This document shows, piece by piece, positions 24,051-37,169 of a stretch of DNA of 64,000 nucleotides (its first letter is position 1; each line of letters begins with the position of its first letter). The translations under genes were made by a program, and so were the position numbers. The stretch spans positions 262,694,001-262,758,000 of the forward strand of contig OZ024740.1 of assembly GCA_964016885.1 (NCBI GenBank), written 5' to 3'. The notes beneath the pieces were generated by a model. The model saw nothing but the letters and a program-made list of their open reading frames with translations. It did not search any database and was not told the origin of the DNA. This DNA comes from Eledone cirrhosa (taxonomy: Eukaryota).

Positions 24051-24115
24051 CAAAGAGTCCAGAAATATCTGTCGAAACGGCTTGAGCTCTGCCGTCGGGG
24101 TCATACTTTTTCCTA
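24050..24115 (+). mobile_element. Solo hammerhead 3' half, same family as 22511
   Basis: GTC-GAAACGGC-ttgagctct-GCCGTC-GGGGTC: perfect stem III and GUC triplet. TA-flanked. Confidence 0.65.
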
Positions 24116-24145
24116 TATATATAAAGGTTTACACACACACACACT

Positions 24146-24241
<96 letters not shown>

Positions 24242-24580
24242 GCAACGGGTCACTTTGTGGCTCAATGAAGAGTTAATAAATTAAATAATCAGAGCTATAT
24301 ATCATAAAACATGTCTTTAGAATCACCAGATAAAATATATACCGTTTCCTCTCCCAATTAGCATAATTAACCATATAAAAAATCGATTAGACCAAGCTAT
24401 AAGAATAAAGGCTTCTATGAAGAAATCTCCGACAAATAACCGAAAGCAGGCCTTCGCGGTGGTTGCGACGGAGTATTTATCGAGTATTTCGACAGCGTGT
24501 ATAAATCGACCAGATATACAGTCAACTAAACAGAATTAGGTGTAAAATAAACTAGGAGAAAAGTGAACATATTTAGTTAC

Positions 24581-24654
24581 CTCTTCCATGGTTTCGTCCG
24601 CATTTTAAGATATCCGATAACATTGGACATCTGGAGCACCGGACTCTTCAGGAG
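24581..24654 (-). ncRNA. Type I hammerhead with long branched stem II (cleavage triplet mutated)
   Basis: Minus strand reads CTC-CTGAAGA-GTCCG-[gtgctcc agatgtccaat gtt atcggatatct taaaatg]-CGGAC-GAAAC-CATG-GAA-GAG. Palindromic loop III. GAA stands where GUH is required. Confidence 0.6.
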
Positions 24655-24879
24655 TTAGCTCAAATTTAGACAATTAATTTTCCAAAGTGATCGCGCAAAG
24701 AATACATTCAAAAATGGCTAAGAATCGTGACGTAGCAGCGGTCAGGTTAGAAAGAATGTGATTAGTTGCTTACGGCTGGTGGCCTTTTGCTAGAAAGCGC
24801 AGCCCAATACAGCCATATATATTTCGTTTCTGAATTTGTTTACCAAGATCCTTTATCTGAAAACGTGTGTTGAAAGCGA

Positions 24880-25383
24880 TATTGTCATACTTTGGGAGGG
24901 TCATGTTGCCAATAAGAAACACACGCACCGGCTGCTTTCACTCCAATTTATTATAAATTAAATTATATATTTAAAAAAATGAAAACACACGCACATAGAA
25001 CAAACAATTAACTAGTAACATGTAAATAAACAAATAAATAAACAAATAAATAAACAAATAAAAAACACACACAGACACCCGGATGTAACACATGCTCAAA
25101 CTAACCACACAACACACACAAAAACAAGATGGCGTAGGACAGAACAAAGGAGAGGCACAAAACAAAGAAAAGAATCCCCGCTAATGATGAGGACATAGAA
25201 TGTGTTACGAAAGAACTTTGACAATATATGAATGACCGTTCGGTTGTGGAACCAAGCAACCAACCAACCAACCAACCGGAAATTTATAAATTTTTTAGAA
25301 TTTATAACTTAATCTATAATAAATTGGAGTGAAAAAAAGTGGTGCGTGTGTTTCTTATTGGAAACTTGAACTTCCTAAAGTAT

Positions 25384-25390
<7 letters not shown>
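24880..25390 (+). mobile_element. Non-coding PLE-like 3' end with ~75-bp terminal inverted copy and decayed HHR (25180-25222)
   Basis: 24880-24950 is the diverged reverse complement of 25320-25390. The interior matches 40960-41218, which has an intact HHR. Confidence 0.7.
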
Positions 25391-25424
<34 letters not shown>

Positions 25425-25432
<8 letters not shown>

Positions 25433-27700
25433 TAACAGATTCAAGTTTAAGCAAAGAATCGCTGCTTTCAGCCTTAACGGGATGTTCTGAATCTAAAGAA
25501 ATCAATCTGTGAACGCAGAATTAAATATTTCGAAAAACGTTGCAACCGAAGGAATACACAGGAAGACGATACTTTGGTTTGTGAAGACGTTCTCTGGTAA
25601 TGAACGGAAAAAAACGAAGATAATACGTCGTTATGTAGGACGTTGAGAACAATTACACGCAAAGACGAAACCATGCTTTTCGTATAAATGGAGTCGTAGA
25701 CTAATATTCTATTTGGGAAGCCGAATGATTCTCGGCTTCAGAGTTAAGAATAATTTAAATAAATTAGTAGAACGAAAATGACATAGGTATTTTTAAAATC
25801 ATAAAAGTAATAATAATTAAATATATACATACAAGCATCTATATACGTACATACACGTGCATAAGCGAAAAGACCTGCCATGCATGCATATACATTCACG
25901 TACAAGTAAACCCGCGCACACATATATAAACCCGCGCGACACATGTACCCGCACACATACGAACGTATACACCAAATACACATAAACAAATATATAAATG
26001 TGTGTGTGTGTGTATATATACTTTTAATTATATGAACGTATATAAATGTACACACATAAACACATATATAACGCACGCACACACAATGTACACATATACA
26101 CATACGTGAAAACACGCATACACGCACACACGCATACGTGCAAACACGTATACACGCATACACATACAAACACAAAATACACATATACCATTATATACAT
26201 ATACCAGTATATCAAATATAATATATACACCTATAACAAATACAAGCATATATACGTACGAGAAAGTATACGTACCTTCACATAACATACGGGTAAGATA
26301 TACATACTATACAAATAAGTAATTGTATAAAAATAAAATATAATTAGCTAACACATCAAGACGTAAATTATCGGTATTATTCGTACTATCCGTTAGGGTA
26401 TAATGTGGGGCTGGTATACGGAAAAGTTTTCTGTGATTTCTGTTTACAAGCCGAAATTGTCTCAGATTTTTGTTTAAGATGTGGTCTTTGGCGTAGAGTA
26501 TTTTAGGGCCTCCGCGGCGCAGAGGTCACGTGGTCTTTTATTTCCGTTATACGATCTAGATTTAGCTAGGATCTCCCAGTGTAACCTATATTGGGTGTGG
26601 TTGCATTTTAGACTCCAGATTTAAGCTAAAAGTGACGTCATATTCCTTCTTAAAGGGTTAAGAAAAGAATGGGTGTGCATGTAAAGATGCTGCTTGAATC
26701 TATTGGTGGTTAACCCTATGTGGGCCCTACGTTAGTACTAGCTACTGGGTTGCACGTGTTCCTACGGCTAGGTAATTTAGGTAAATTTGAAGCAGTGATG
26801 TTATGTTCAAAGTTAGGAGTCGTAGAGTAAGATATTTTAATGGTATTAAAAATGCTATTAAAAATGTTATTATATTTACGTGCTGAGGAGAAATGCTTCT
26901 TAATAAGGGAGACGAAGATATTAGCTAATCGTGTGACCACCTCCATATTATATGGTGCGTTATACCATATAATGCGTCGGGATCTATTTTTCCTTGGTTT
27001 ATGCACATACTTAGTATATGTTACTTTATCGACAAATCCACTCCGAACAAGAGCATCATTGTAATATGTGGATAGGTCGGTGAAAATATTCTCGTATTTA
27101 GATAGACGGGAAAGCCTAAAAGAAACGTTTCTTACCAGGTTTTTAGTTATGCTGGCAGGATGATTAGAATGCTTACTTATGTAATTAAGCGTATCATTCG
27201 GCTTTCTATACGGGTAGTGCAAGCCATTCGACAAATTGAGGGTAACGTCGAGGTAATTAACGACCGAAAGGTTGGCCTCAACCTGTATGGAGATGTTGAA
27301 GCCTTTAAAGAAGGCTGAGAGTTCTTTTCTAAACCTGTCGCAAGCGCGTGGACCGCACTTTGTCATGGTCAAAAGACCGTCATCGCGGTACAAGCCAGCG
27401 CTCACATTGAGGAATTCATCCTTGATAGAGAAAAGAAGGAAAAGGCCGATAAGATCTGTAACCTCCTCCGAATCGCTGGCGCCCATACTCACGTCCAATG
27501 GTGTACTATTAGATTTTTTTAATCCAAATAGAGTCGTCGAAAATAATCACCGACTTACGGGCATTGAGGATGACATCTACTTCGAAATCCTTAACCACCG
27601 TGAGCGCTTTAGCGAAATTGATAGCTCTAAGAAGAAGTGGTAAAGTGATGGATGAGTAGTAGTTATTGATATATATAGGAGAAACTTGATTGTGTTGTAT
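25425..27700 (-). mobile_element. Penelope-like element (probably Hydra-type), RT plus GIY-YIG pseudogene
   Basis: ORF 26716-27498 has DVSMGASDS.EV.DLIGLFLL, GLYRDDGL, NYLDVTLNL, PYRKPN, SNHP, IIWYNAPY. The GIY-YIG region 26400-26715 and the UTR are colinear with 9241-10920. HHR relic at 25444-25494. The 3' end abuts (TA)n. Confidence 0.9.
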
Positions 27701-27719
27701 CAGATGAAAGAATGGTATT

Positions 27720-30700
27720 TAACTAATGTATTGGTACGCGATGGGGCCCACCCACAGCACCGGTGGACAGAATGGAGAAGGCGTTTCCCCGGAGGACGGC
27801 AAGGGTGACGCGCTGGAAAAGCCACTCCAACTCGCGGGGCTCACACCTGCGGCTGGCCAGCTCAGCGCCTAGGGTGGTGAGTAAGGATGTAGCCCTGGCG
27901 CCAAGGACACCAGAAGTTTCCACTGCCAGGGGAAGGACCGCAAACCTGTCGGAGAGCGACCGGTATTTGAGGAGTTTGGCCCCCTCAGCCCGACGTGCAG
28001 CAGGTTGCGGCTGCAGAAAGTGTCGGTGAAAGTGGCATCACAGACGAGGGGTTTGCCACCGCGGAACGGGAAGATGGTCATGCTATCTGGCCTTTTACAG
28101 TCCCCTCAATCCAGCCCCACTGGCTCGAGCTCGGAAGGCAAGCCTGCAGAGTCCAAGCCATGCTTAATGGCCTCGTTGAGGGGAGTATGGCGTGGAATGC
28201 GGCCGGCACTGTGGTGACAGGAAAGCGGGTAGAGGCCGAAAGAGTCCACGGTGAAACCGAAGCGACATTGGTTTGACTGGCAGACCCGGAGGCCGAGCCT
28301 CAGGGAAACGCCGATTCGCAGGCTATGGTTGTCTAGCTGCGTGCCAGTGGACAAGAAGGGCAGAGCATGGATCCAGATACCACTGTGGGGTTTGGAGGCC
28401 GCACGAAAACAAGCAAAGTGGTGCTTGCCGAGCTGGCGCGTGAGCCTGTCTGAGGCCAGGCTGCACTGGATGGCATCCCAAGGGCGTTGGGGGAACTTGA
28501 CGTCAATAAGGGGAGAAGGAGGAGGGACGTCTCACAGGCGGCCTCACGTTCTCTGAACACAGAGGGTTATGTTGTGTTTTGAAGAACCCTGCTTAGGAGG
28601 ACGCGGCATGAGGTTACCGACGAAAGATACGCCGGCAAGGCTAGTGAGATCGAGGACCGGAGGCCTAGGCCGCCATTCCTGACCGGTAAAGTGGCCTGTT
28701 GCACCCTATGTCGTCAAACTTGACGTTGCATATCCCCTCGGCTGCTGCTCGGATACAAGTATCGAGGTCAGCGAGGAGAGATGTCTGGGTGTAGCATGGA
28801 GCGCTGCGGAGTGTATAAAGGAGCTTCGGCATGGCGAAGCTGTTCCTCCGGTGGCCGTCAATAGAGCCCAGTCGGCTCGTGAGAGTCTGGAGATGTTGAG
28901 GCCTGGACCTGATGGTGGAGCGGATGGCCGGCGGGTGGATCGGTAATCGGAGGATGAAGACATCCTCTTTGGGGGTCACCTGAACCTGGCGGAGAATAGA
29001 GCAAACGTCCAAGACGGAGGCTGCAAAGCTCGCAGCATCGAGGCTGACGTTCACCACCTCCGACTTGGCCGAGTTGACCTGGAGGCCGATTCCAGCTAGG
29101 GCAGGAATCACTGATTGAAGGTCTTGGCAGACCGTCCGTATGGGCCCGCGCAATGTAGCATCATCCAGATACCAAACGTTGAGAAGGGCCGTGATACTCC
29201 GGGCGATGTGGTCAATACCAAAGGCGAACAGAAGGAGTCCCAAAGGGTCGCCCTGTTGGACCCCAGTAGCCGAGGGTATGACCGTATCAGCAGCTAGGAG
29301 CATGCTCGGGGCTCCATATTACAGGTAGGCCAGCGGGTAGGCAGAGGGAGCTGGGCTGAGGCAGGCCTCGAACAGATGATCCCGGCGTAAAGAGTTAAAG
29401 GCATTCCTCGTGTCAAGCTTGACAATGAGGTGCCTGGAGTCCCTGGATGCCAGTACCGATGGGCAGCTGCTGAAGAACTGCCTGATTGCATGAGAGGCTC
29501 CCTCACAACCACCGGACACGCCGACACCCAGTTGCACCGGACTAAACTCCTCACCCAGTTCGTGTGTAACGGCATTGCAGATCACCTTGGTAGCCAGCCT
29601 CCAGAAGACATTGCCCACATCTTCCTGAGAGCGGTGAGGCTGGCCGAAAAAAGATGCCTCGGGTGTAAGGGCCGAGGGCACCATGAATGAGCCTATTGGT
29701 GAGCGCCACAATTGCACTCAGAAGGTGGCGTCCGGCCTCAGCGGAGAGGGGGGATGTCAATTCCTTGAGGTAGCCTGGTCGGAGACCATCAACACCTCCG
29801 CAGCTGCTAGCTGGGAAGGACCTGATGGCGGACATGTTATCTGCATCAGTAGCCACAAGGAGCACGTGGAGGTCGGGTGGGGGTATGGGTCTGAGATCAG
29901 TGGGTGGCTCAGGGTTTTTGAGCCGCAGAGCAGCCAGGATCTCCTCGATAGGTTGGAGGACAGTGTCCTCAGACGTAACAAGTCTGACTGCGGCCGAGAC
30001 ACCACCCATGATAAGCTTTGCGTTTACCTGGTCACGCAAACGCTTGGCGCTGGCCTCGAGGGTGGAGGATAGGGGGTACCTGAGGGTGGGGTGTGTGGCG
30101 TCCCTGGGCACGCTTGGAATGGGCGCTCGCCCAAATGACGAGACATTGGCCTTGACGAAGGCTGCTGTTGACCGGCCGCCCCGGTCAGCGCCAGAGCTGG
30201 GGAGGCCGAGGGCGAGTGCGGCGAAATAGAACAGCCGCTCCCAGTCACTGGCTCGATTGGAGTCCAGGGCACTCTCAATCAAGGAAGCGAGAGCATTGGC
30301 TACCGGCACCCGTGCCGCTCTCTGGATCCTGAGTGGGATCTTCCAGAGCCGCCTGAGCCGAGCGATGTTGACCAGCGAGGCTCGGGCGTCAGGCAAGCTC
30401 GCTGTCCTATCTCGTGGTGTGCCAGACGGCCGTGGCTGGGAAGACGTGGGGAAGAGGCAGTTCCTGCACCTCTACGCTGCGAGGGCATTGGAAGCTCGAC
30501 GAGTCAAGCCAACGCAGGTGAGGTGGTGTAAGCAGCCGCGCCCCAAACAGTTCCGGCCCATCTTCCGTTTGTTAGTGGTGCCGCAAGTGCTGCAGGTGTC
30601 GATTTGGAGGGGTGGGGATGGGGTCGTGGGGCTGGGGACTGGGGCACCGAGCGGCATCAGGGATGGGTGGCTGGTGTGTGTGAGTGGAAGGGAAAGTGCT

Positions 30701-30940
30701 GGTAAGATGGCAGCATAGCTCACCTATATATATGGAGGTGCCAGAAAACGAGAGCGAAAAGGGGCTGCATGGAGGGGGAGACACAGGAAAGTAGAATGGC
30801 AGTAAATGAATGAGTGAATGGATGGATGTACACAAAACGGGGGGGGGGGCGATGGGGTTGTTCCCAGCGGAAAGACCCAGAGTTCAGCACGCACACATGC
30901 GAGCAACTGAGCAGTTTGTCATAGACGATACTCTCAATGG
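27720..30940 (-). mobile_element. CRE-like non-LTR retrotransposon (RT + restriction-like endonuclease), frameshifted
   Basis: GVDGLRP, PVQLGVG, KLDTRNAFNSLRRD, GVQQGDPLG, WYLDDATL, C-terminal C..G....G...LSC and RH, RPD.MTIFPFRGGKPLV.D.T, PLAVETSGVLG. N-terminal CxxC...C...HLTC cluster. Confidence 0.88.
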
Positions 30941-31218
30941 ACGCGCTTACAATATTTGAATATAACTGAACCGTCGTGTCATTTAATTTGAAAAGTGGAG
31001 CAAAGTAAAAGGAGAATAGTGAATTTGAAGTGTCAATCCCTTGTGACTTTTTTTTTATTTTTTCAATATCGGACTTACAGTTTTCCAGGATTTATACTCA
31101 TTTTTTTTTTTTTTTTTTTTTCCTTCAAAAGGATGGAGGCGTTTTATCTCCTCGTGAAACTGACATTACTTAATGATTATCGTCATCTATGGCTTATTCA
31201 TATGTATTATTTGTGAAT

Positions 31219-31400
31219 TGGCAGTATCGGTAGAGGGTTGGACGCCATGCTTTCTAGCATAGTTACGTCCCTTTACGGTTTGAGTTCAAATCCCGCTGAG
31301 GTTAACTTTGCCTTTCATCCTTACGGGGTCGATAAAATAAAGTACCAGTAATGTACTGGGTAATTGCTGGCCTTGTGCCTAAAGTAGAAACAATTATTTC
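31219..31400 (+). mobile_element. tRNA-derived SINE, full-length-like
   Basis: A box TGGCAGTATCGG, B box GAGTTCAAATCC, conserved body GGTTAACTTTGCCTTTCATCCTTACGGGGTCGATAAAATAAAGTACCAGT, ATT tail. Close copy at 56290-56475. Confidence 0.88.
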
Positions 31401-31594
31401 ATAACTCTATAGAACTATTAGAATGTTTGTGCAGTGTTCTGTGTCCAGCTACGTTTGTACAAGAGGTAAGAAAAATGATGATTCGGTGACGGTTTCTTCT
31501 GATAGGAACCTCTTCCACGTCGGAAGATCGAAATGTTTTCTTGTCTTCTTCAGTAGTTTCATAAACGGCTTCGGAGATTTAAAACTTATGTTCA

Positions 31595-31785
31595 ATTGAA
31601 GGAAAAGAAATCGAAAATGCAACTGGAGTCTTTTGAAGAATATTTATTTGTTTCCTTTATCGGTTTCACAGTTCTTATGTTTTTCAAAAGTAGAATTGAG
31701 ATGGACGGTTTGTGGTTTTTGTCGCATCTGGTTGGTGTTCGAATGTTACTTCTGTTTTATGTGGAAAAAGTGGCTCGAATTGCTA
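31595..31785. repeat. Unclassified dispersed repeat (inverted copy at ~40125-40320)
   Basis: aaaatgcaactggagtc...ttttcaaaag...ttgagatgga...catctggttggt...gaatgttactt...gaaaaagtg.ctcgaa occurs at both loci in opposite orientation. Confidence 0.75.
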
Positions 31786-32329
31786 GGTTTCAAAAAAAAA
31801 CAATTTGGTTGGTCGATGACTGTCATGTGAATAAATATAATAAATTTCGCGCCAGCTTGCGTTACAAATTTCCTATTGTATTTGCCTTTGAAAAAAGTGT
31901 CTCAAATTGTTTTTCATATATGAGTGAAATTTAGTTGGTTGATGACTGTCACGTGAATAAGTACATAAACTTTCGCGCCAGTTCGCGTTTAAGGGTTCTT
32001 TATTGCCCTTTTCACAGTCACATGATAGAGAGTTGTGTGCCAAACAAGACAAATACCACTCAGTGCACATCTAGACATATGCGCAAGCGATAAAACACCC
32101 GAATTCCAAGTGTTCCCACTTCATGTTTGCACTGACAATACAACAGACCAAAATACGAATAAATAAGCAAAATATGTTTATTCAAAAATATCACTGGCTT
32201 GTTATGACTGAGCTCCGGGTGAGTTTAAGAAAGAGTAAGGCTAAGCCCCGGAGAGCAATCTATGACGGGAGCTTTCAAAGCATATGCTGAGGAACTGTTT
32301 CAGTGCTCTATATGGAGAGGAAGAGTTTG

Positions 32330-33365
32330 AGGGAGATTGGGAGGTCTGAGTAGAGAGTGACGAGGAGGTAGGGGTACTTCACCACTGCAGTCGGCGTTCG
32401 AGTCAGATCCTGGGAACAGGGCTCGTGGATAGGAAGAGGGAGTAGCTGGACCATTTTAAGACACTACTCCCCACAGCACAGAACACCTGGGAGATTAGAC
32501 AGCTGTTTGAGGAACTGGACATTAAGACAGGACCCTTCGCCAGAGAGCAGCTTCAAAGAGCCAAGGAGAAAACCAAGGAGAGTATGGTTCATGGAAAATA
32601 TGGAGTGGCATCAGTGGAGATGAAGAAGTTTTATTTTGATGATATCATCCTAGAGTTCTGTAACCAGGCAGTGGAGAAAGGGTTTGTCCCGGAACAGTGG
32701 AGGATCAGTAACATCGTCCTAGTACGAAAGAAGGGATATCTCTCTAACATCAACAACTACAGGGAGATTTCACTGACGTCACTTGCGACAAAGACCTTCA
32801 ACAGGATGATTCTTAACAGGATCCAGCCCGAGATAGAGAATAAGCTCAGAAACAACCAGATTGGCTTCAGCGAGGGTAGATCAACTACCGGTCGCATCCT
32901 GATGCTGAGGATAATTTTAGAGGGAACTAGAGCAAAGAGACTTTCTGCTGTCATGGTTTTCATTGACTTCAGGAAAGCCTTTGATTCTGCGAACAGTGAT
33001 TGCCCGATGAAGGCTTACGGAATCCATAATAAGATAGTGGACTTCATATCACTGCTCTACACCAACACCAGAACCCATGTTATTACACCTGAGGGGTTAA
33101 CAGAGTGCTTGGAGAAACTGACTGGAATGCTCCAAGGTGATACATTGTCTCCCTCCGTTTTCATCATCACAGTGCACTGGAGAAACAGTAGGACTCGAAC
33201 TTTACTGTAACACCAGCTCAGAACAGGAAAGTTAATGCTGAATTATCACATGCTGAATTTGCTCACAACATAGCTCTGGTGACAAACACAGTGAAGGAGG
33301 CAGAGGAGCTGGTGCAAGAGGTGGAGACAGTGTCGATGAGTGTTGGGCTGAGAATGAATGAAAGT
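32330..33365 (+). pseudogene. RTE-clade LINE RT fragment
   Basis: ORF 32584-33210 has WRISNIVLVRKKG, NNYREISLTS, NQIGFSEGRST, FIDFRKAFDS, GMLQGDTLSP. Confidence 0.85.
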
Positions 33366-33519
33366 ATATACAAACATACATACACACACGCGTACATACA
33401 TATATACATACATACATACATAGATACATACATACATGCATACATACACCAGGAAGGTGGCCGGTCAAAAAGATATACTCGAAATTAAGAGAAAGAGATA
33501 ACATACATAAATTATATAT

Positions 33520-34600
33520 ATATGAGGTTTTGAGACTTTTATCAAAGAGACATTTATTTAACACAGATCAGCATAAAACCCTAGTATCTCTCAGTGTAGT
33601 ACCCTCCAACTTCAATGCACTTGTTCTAGCGTTCCAGCCACTTCTGAACTGACACCTTATAGTACTCCAAAGTAAAGGTGTCCAGGGCACTTGTCACAAC
33701 CTCCTTCATCTCGTCCTCAACCTCGAACTTCTCCTTCAGCTTCGGGAACATCCAGAAGTTGCATGGGGCTAAGTCTGGAATATAGGGAGGATGAGGGACA
33801 GTCCTGATCCTCTTATCGGCCAATAATTTGGTCAGCAGAATGGATTTGTGACAGGGGATATCATCCTGCTGCAAGTGTTACTGATTAGACTTGAACATTT
33901 TTGGTCCGTGCGACGAAAGCCCTTTCTGAACTACCTCAAAACCTCTACATTGTACTCTCCGGTTACTCTCTTGCCGTGGGGGGATGCAGTGGGTGTAGAT
34001 ATTGCCCTTGTTGTCGAAGGATGGATTCATCAAGAATTTCCATTTGGACCTGCTTTTCCTGAACTTCTTGGGTCTTGATGAATCTTGGGCGCTGTGTCTC
34101 TTGGTCTCTGGATCATAACAGTAGACGCAGATCTCCTCAAATGTTATCAAAGACACTAGGACACTTGGATTTGAAGTGATCCAATCTACCATCTCTTTAT
34201 CAACGCGCCTCTACCTTTGGTATTCATTGAGGACCCTGGGAACAAACTTTAACAATCGTCAGAAGAGATTCTCAACGTTTTTCGTCCAGTCATTTGTGAA
34301 TTTTCTCGACCAACTTCGGCGACCTGATGTCGCTCTCTCGTCCACATCTCCTACCGTCTCTCATCTGCTCCCCTCCGAACCTCTTGTGCAAGTAGAAAAC
34401 AATTTCCCGGCTCATGAAAGATAGTCCATAATCAGTCTTTACCAGTTTAAAGGTTACTGCAGCATTTTTACCGAGCTTGTCACAAAACATTATTACATAT
34501 CGAGCATCAATGTTGTCCTCACATCCCGAGTGTATTGTCGAACTAGTCAGCTGTGACAAGACGTGTATGAGGGGAAGAGTTCAAAGTGCTGTAGCGGCCT
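33520..34600 (-). pseudogene. Mariner (Tc1/mariner) transposase relic
   Basis: HPPYIPDLAPCNFWMFPKLK (YSPDLAP motif), YCYDPETKRHS, N-terminal HTH relic RYVIMFC.KLGKNA. Confidence 0.85.
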
Positions 34601-34714
34601 GAAACCTCAGCATGGAAAAACGAAATTTGGCACGTTGGCTTATTACAACCATATCAAGGACGTATTAGAGTGACAGAGCAAGTTCTTATTTCACATATCT
34701 TTGGGGCTGGAATG

Positions 34715-35230
34715 AATAAGGTGATGGTGGTGTTGGCGGTAATGTGAAGTTGTTGTACTAATGATGAGAGAGATGAGAGGGGTGATGATGTTGCTTATGG
34801 CGATGTCAATTGTAACGATGCTGAAACGCGAAGATGACGGCGATGGTCTTGAGGGCTATAGTGTTTTTGTTGATATATGATGTTGATGACGGTGGTGTTA
34901 ATGGTAGTGTTGGCCATGTTGGTGATAGTGATATCAATCCTACCATTACTGATGGTGATGAAGATGATGATGATGATGATGATGATGATCATGATGATGA
35001 TGGTGGTGATGGTGGTGGTGGTGATGAAGATGAGGATGATGAGTAGGATGACGAAAATGTTGATAAAAAAGGTGGCATTAAGTTGCAGATGATGATAATG
35101 ACACTGATGATGGTGATGATGACGATGTCAACCACAATCATGATAAGCGTGGAGGGGTGGTGACGATCATATTGGTGACTGCTGCTGTTACTGCATGATA
35201 GCCTATAACAATTGTTGGTGATGACGTTTA
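34715..35230. repeat. Degenerate (GAT/GGT)n low-complexity tract
   Basis: Direct reading. Confidence 0.85.
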
Positions 35231-35618
35231 TATTGACTAGTGGGCTGCTTAAGAAAACATATGAAGGCGATTTTCATGATTCATTGGTACAAATAATTAC
35301 AGCAATGTGTGTATAGTTCTTTATACGAAACTTTTCCTCTCAATTAAACCCCTATGATCAATATCCTACTTCTACCCTAAACTCTCTGCCTCCATCTTTA
35401 TCAGGTTAATATATTTGTGTTTACTTCCTTCTTTCGCTTTTTTCTCTCATTTTCATGTTACTATTGTTCTTTTCCTTTTCCTCTATCCACCATTCTATTT
35501 TGTTCACTTCTGTTAATCCTCCTTGTTTTTTCTTCTATCCTTATATCATTGTTTCTTAACTTTACTCCTCTCAACTTTCATTTAAAACATCCTTTTCTCT
35601 GTAGTTATGTTTTGAATG

Positions 35619-35904
<286 letters not shown>

Positions 35905-35966
35905 TATCATGGATCTGATACCATCAACACCATAAACACAGAGGTGGCATATCTAAGAACTGACTA

Positions 35967-36022
35967 ACTGCCTGATGAGGTCATAGCCATTCAATGGCTA
36001 TCATCGAAATATATATAGCAGT
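35967..36022 (+). ncRNA. Canonical minimal type I hammerhead ribozyme
   Basis: ACTGC-CTGATGA-GGTcATAGCCATtcaATGGCTATcATC-GAAA-T-ATAT-A-TA-GCAGT. All core nucleotides present, palindromic loop III, predicted AUA cleavage after 36017. Confidence 0.85.
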
Positions 36023-36086
36023 AAATAAGGGACTATGAGTTCATGCAATTAACTTATGTTTCGTCACTATATATATATATATATAA

Positions 36087-36240
36087 AACAAATTTAATAT
36101 AGAAATAGTTTCTACAAGACTAGAACTGTTTCATTCGTAGGGAATCATCAGAATGAAATAGTTCTGGTCCTCTAGAAGCTATTTCAATATTAAACTTGTT
36201 GTTTACACCTTGCGTACTGTGTTTCCCCCGATTGAATCCG
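36087..36240. mobile_element. Miniature fold-back element containing an HHR core (minus strand 36118-36151)
   Basis: Imperfect inverted arms 36087-36136 / 36151-36200. Minus strand reads CTGATGA-TTCcctacGAAT-GAAAC-agttcta-GTC. Related decayed copy at ~45775-45835. Confidence 0.7.
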
Positions 36241-37169
36241 ACACACGCAGACACACACAGACACACACAGACACACACAGACACACACACATATATATAT
36301 ATATATATAAATCTGGAGCTTTTCTTTAGATTTGTTTTCTTGCTTATATTGCTTTCGTCTCACTTCCTGTATGACTACATTTCCATGTTTTTACAGATTT
36401 GTTTGGTTTCCTTGTCCACTCCATGCTATGAATGCACTACTATAAATATATGTTTGTCAAGCCAGTATTTTAAAACACAGAACGCAAAGAAGCATAAACT
36501 CAACGAATTGCACGGCTTCTTTGTACAAGTCAGAAAATGTCATCAATTTTATATTTAGAATTTATGAAACATAAATCTAAGACACAAAATGGGAGTGGGA
36601 CTAATATTCTAAAGTATTTTCATTCCTTCCAAGGTTTTCTGTCAACAGATTTGTCCATCTTACTTCTGCCCCCACCCTCTCTCTGTCTATCTATCTGTCT
36701 ACCATGTCTGTCGGTTCCATTTGTCAGCAATAATTTTATATTTTGTCTCCACCACTTTGTAGGTTTATATAAGTATTGTGTAATTATCGATTGTTATGTA
36801 TGGTTGAATAATTGCTACGGCTGATAAACTATGCTTCATTGTTTATTCAATGTTATGGCTGTTATGTTTAGCAGCAGCTGAATGTCTGTATAAGTAGGTG
36901 ATCTGTGTAAAGAAAGTAGCTTTTCGGAGAAATTTTGAAGGCGGAAGTTGGGAGTTCTCTGTCCTTATTTTCGATTAGTGCTGTTCGACGGCGTAGTCAT
37001 ATCTTCTGGTTTGTAACAATTTGGTGGTTGGTTATTAGATGGATTCAAGTATATATCTGAATTTAGCGCTGTTTTTATATATTAGTTTCCATTTCTAATA
37101 ATTTACTAATTTTATGTTCCTTTTTTGAAAGGTGAATTTGATATATTTTAGAATTAGCTAATTCTGTTT

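Noticed and set aside
27763-30718. Plus-strand ORFs over the CRE-like element (and antisense ORFs over the Tx1 and PLE copies)
   Set aside because: Shadow ORFs of GC-rich retrotransposon coding sequence with no independent motifs.
31219-31300. tRNA gene
   Set aside because: A and B boxes are present, but there is no cloverleaf and the sequence continues into a multi-copy SINE body.
34834-35092. Poly-Asp / poly-Met ORFs
   Set aside because: Translations of a degenerate (GAT)n tract.
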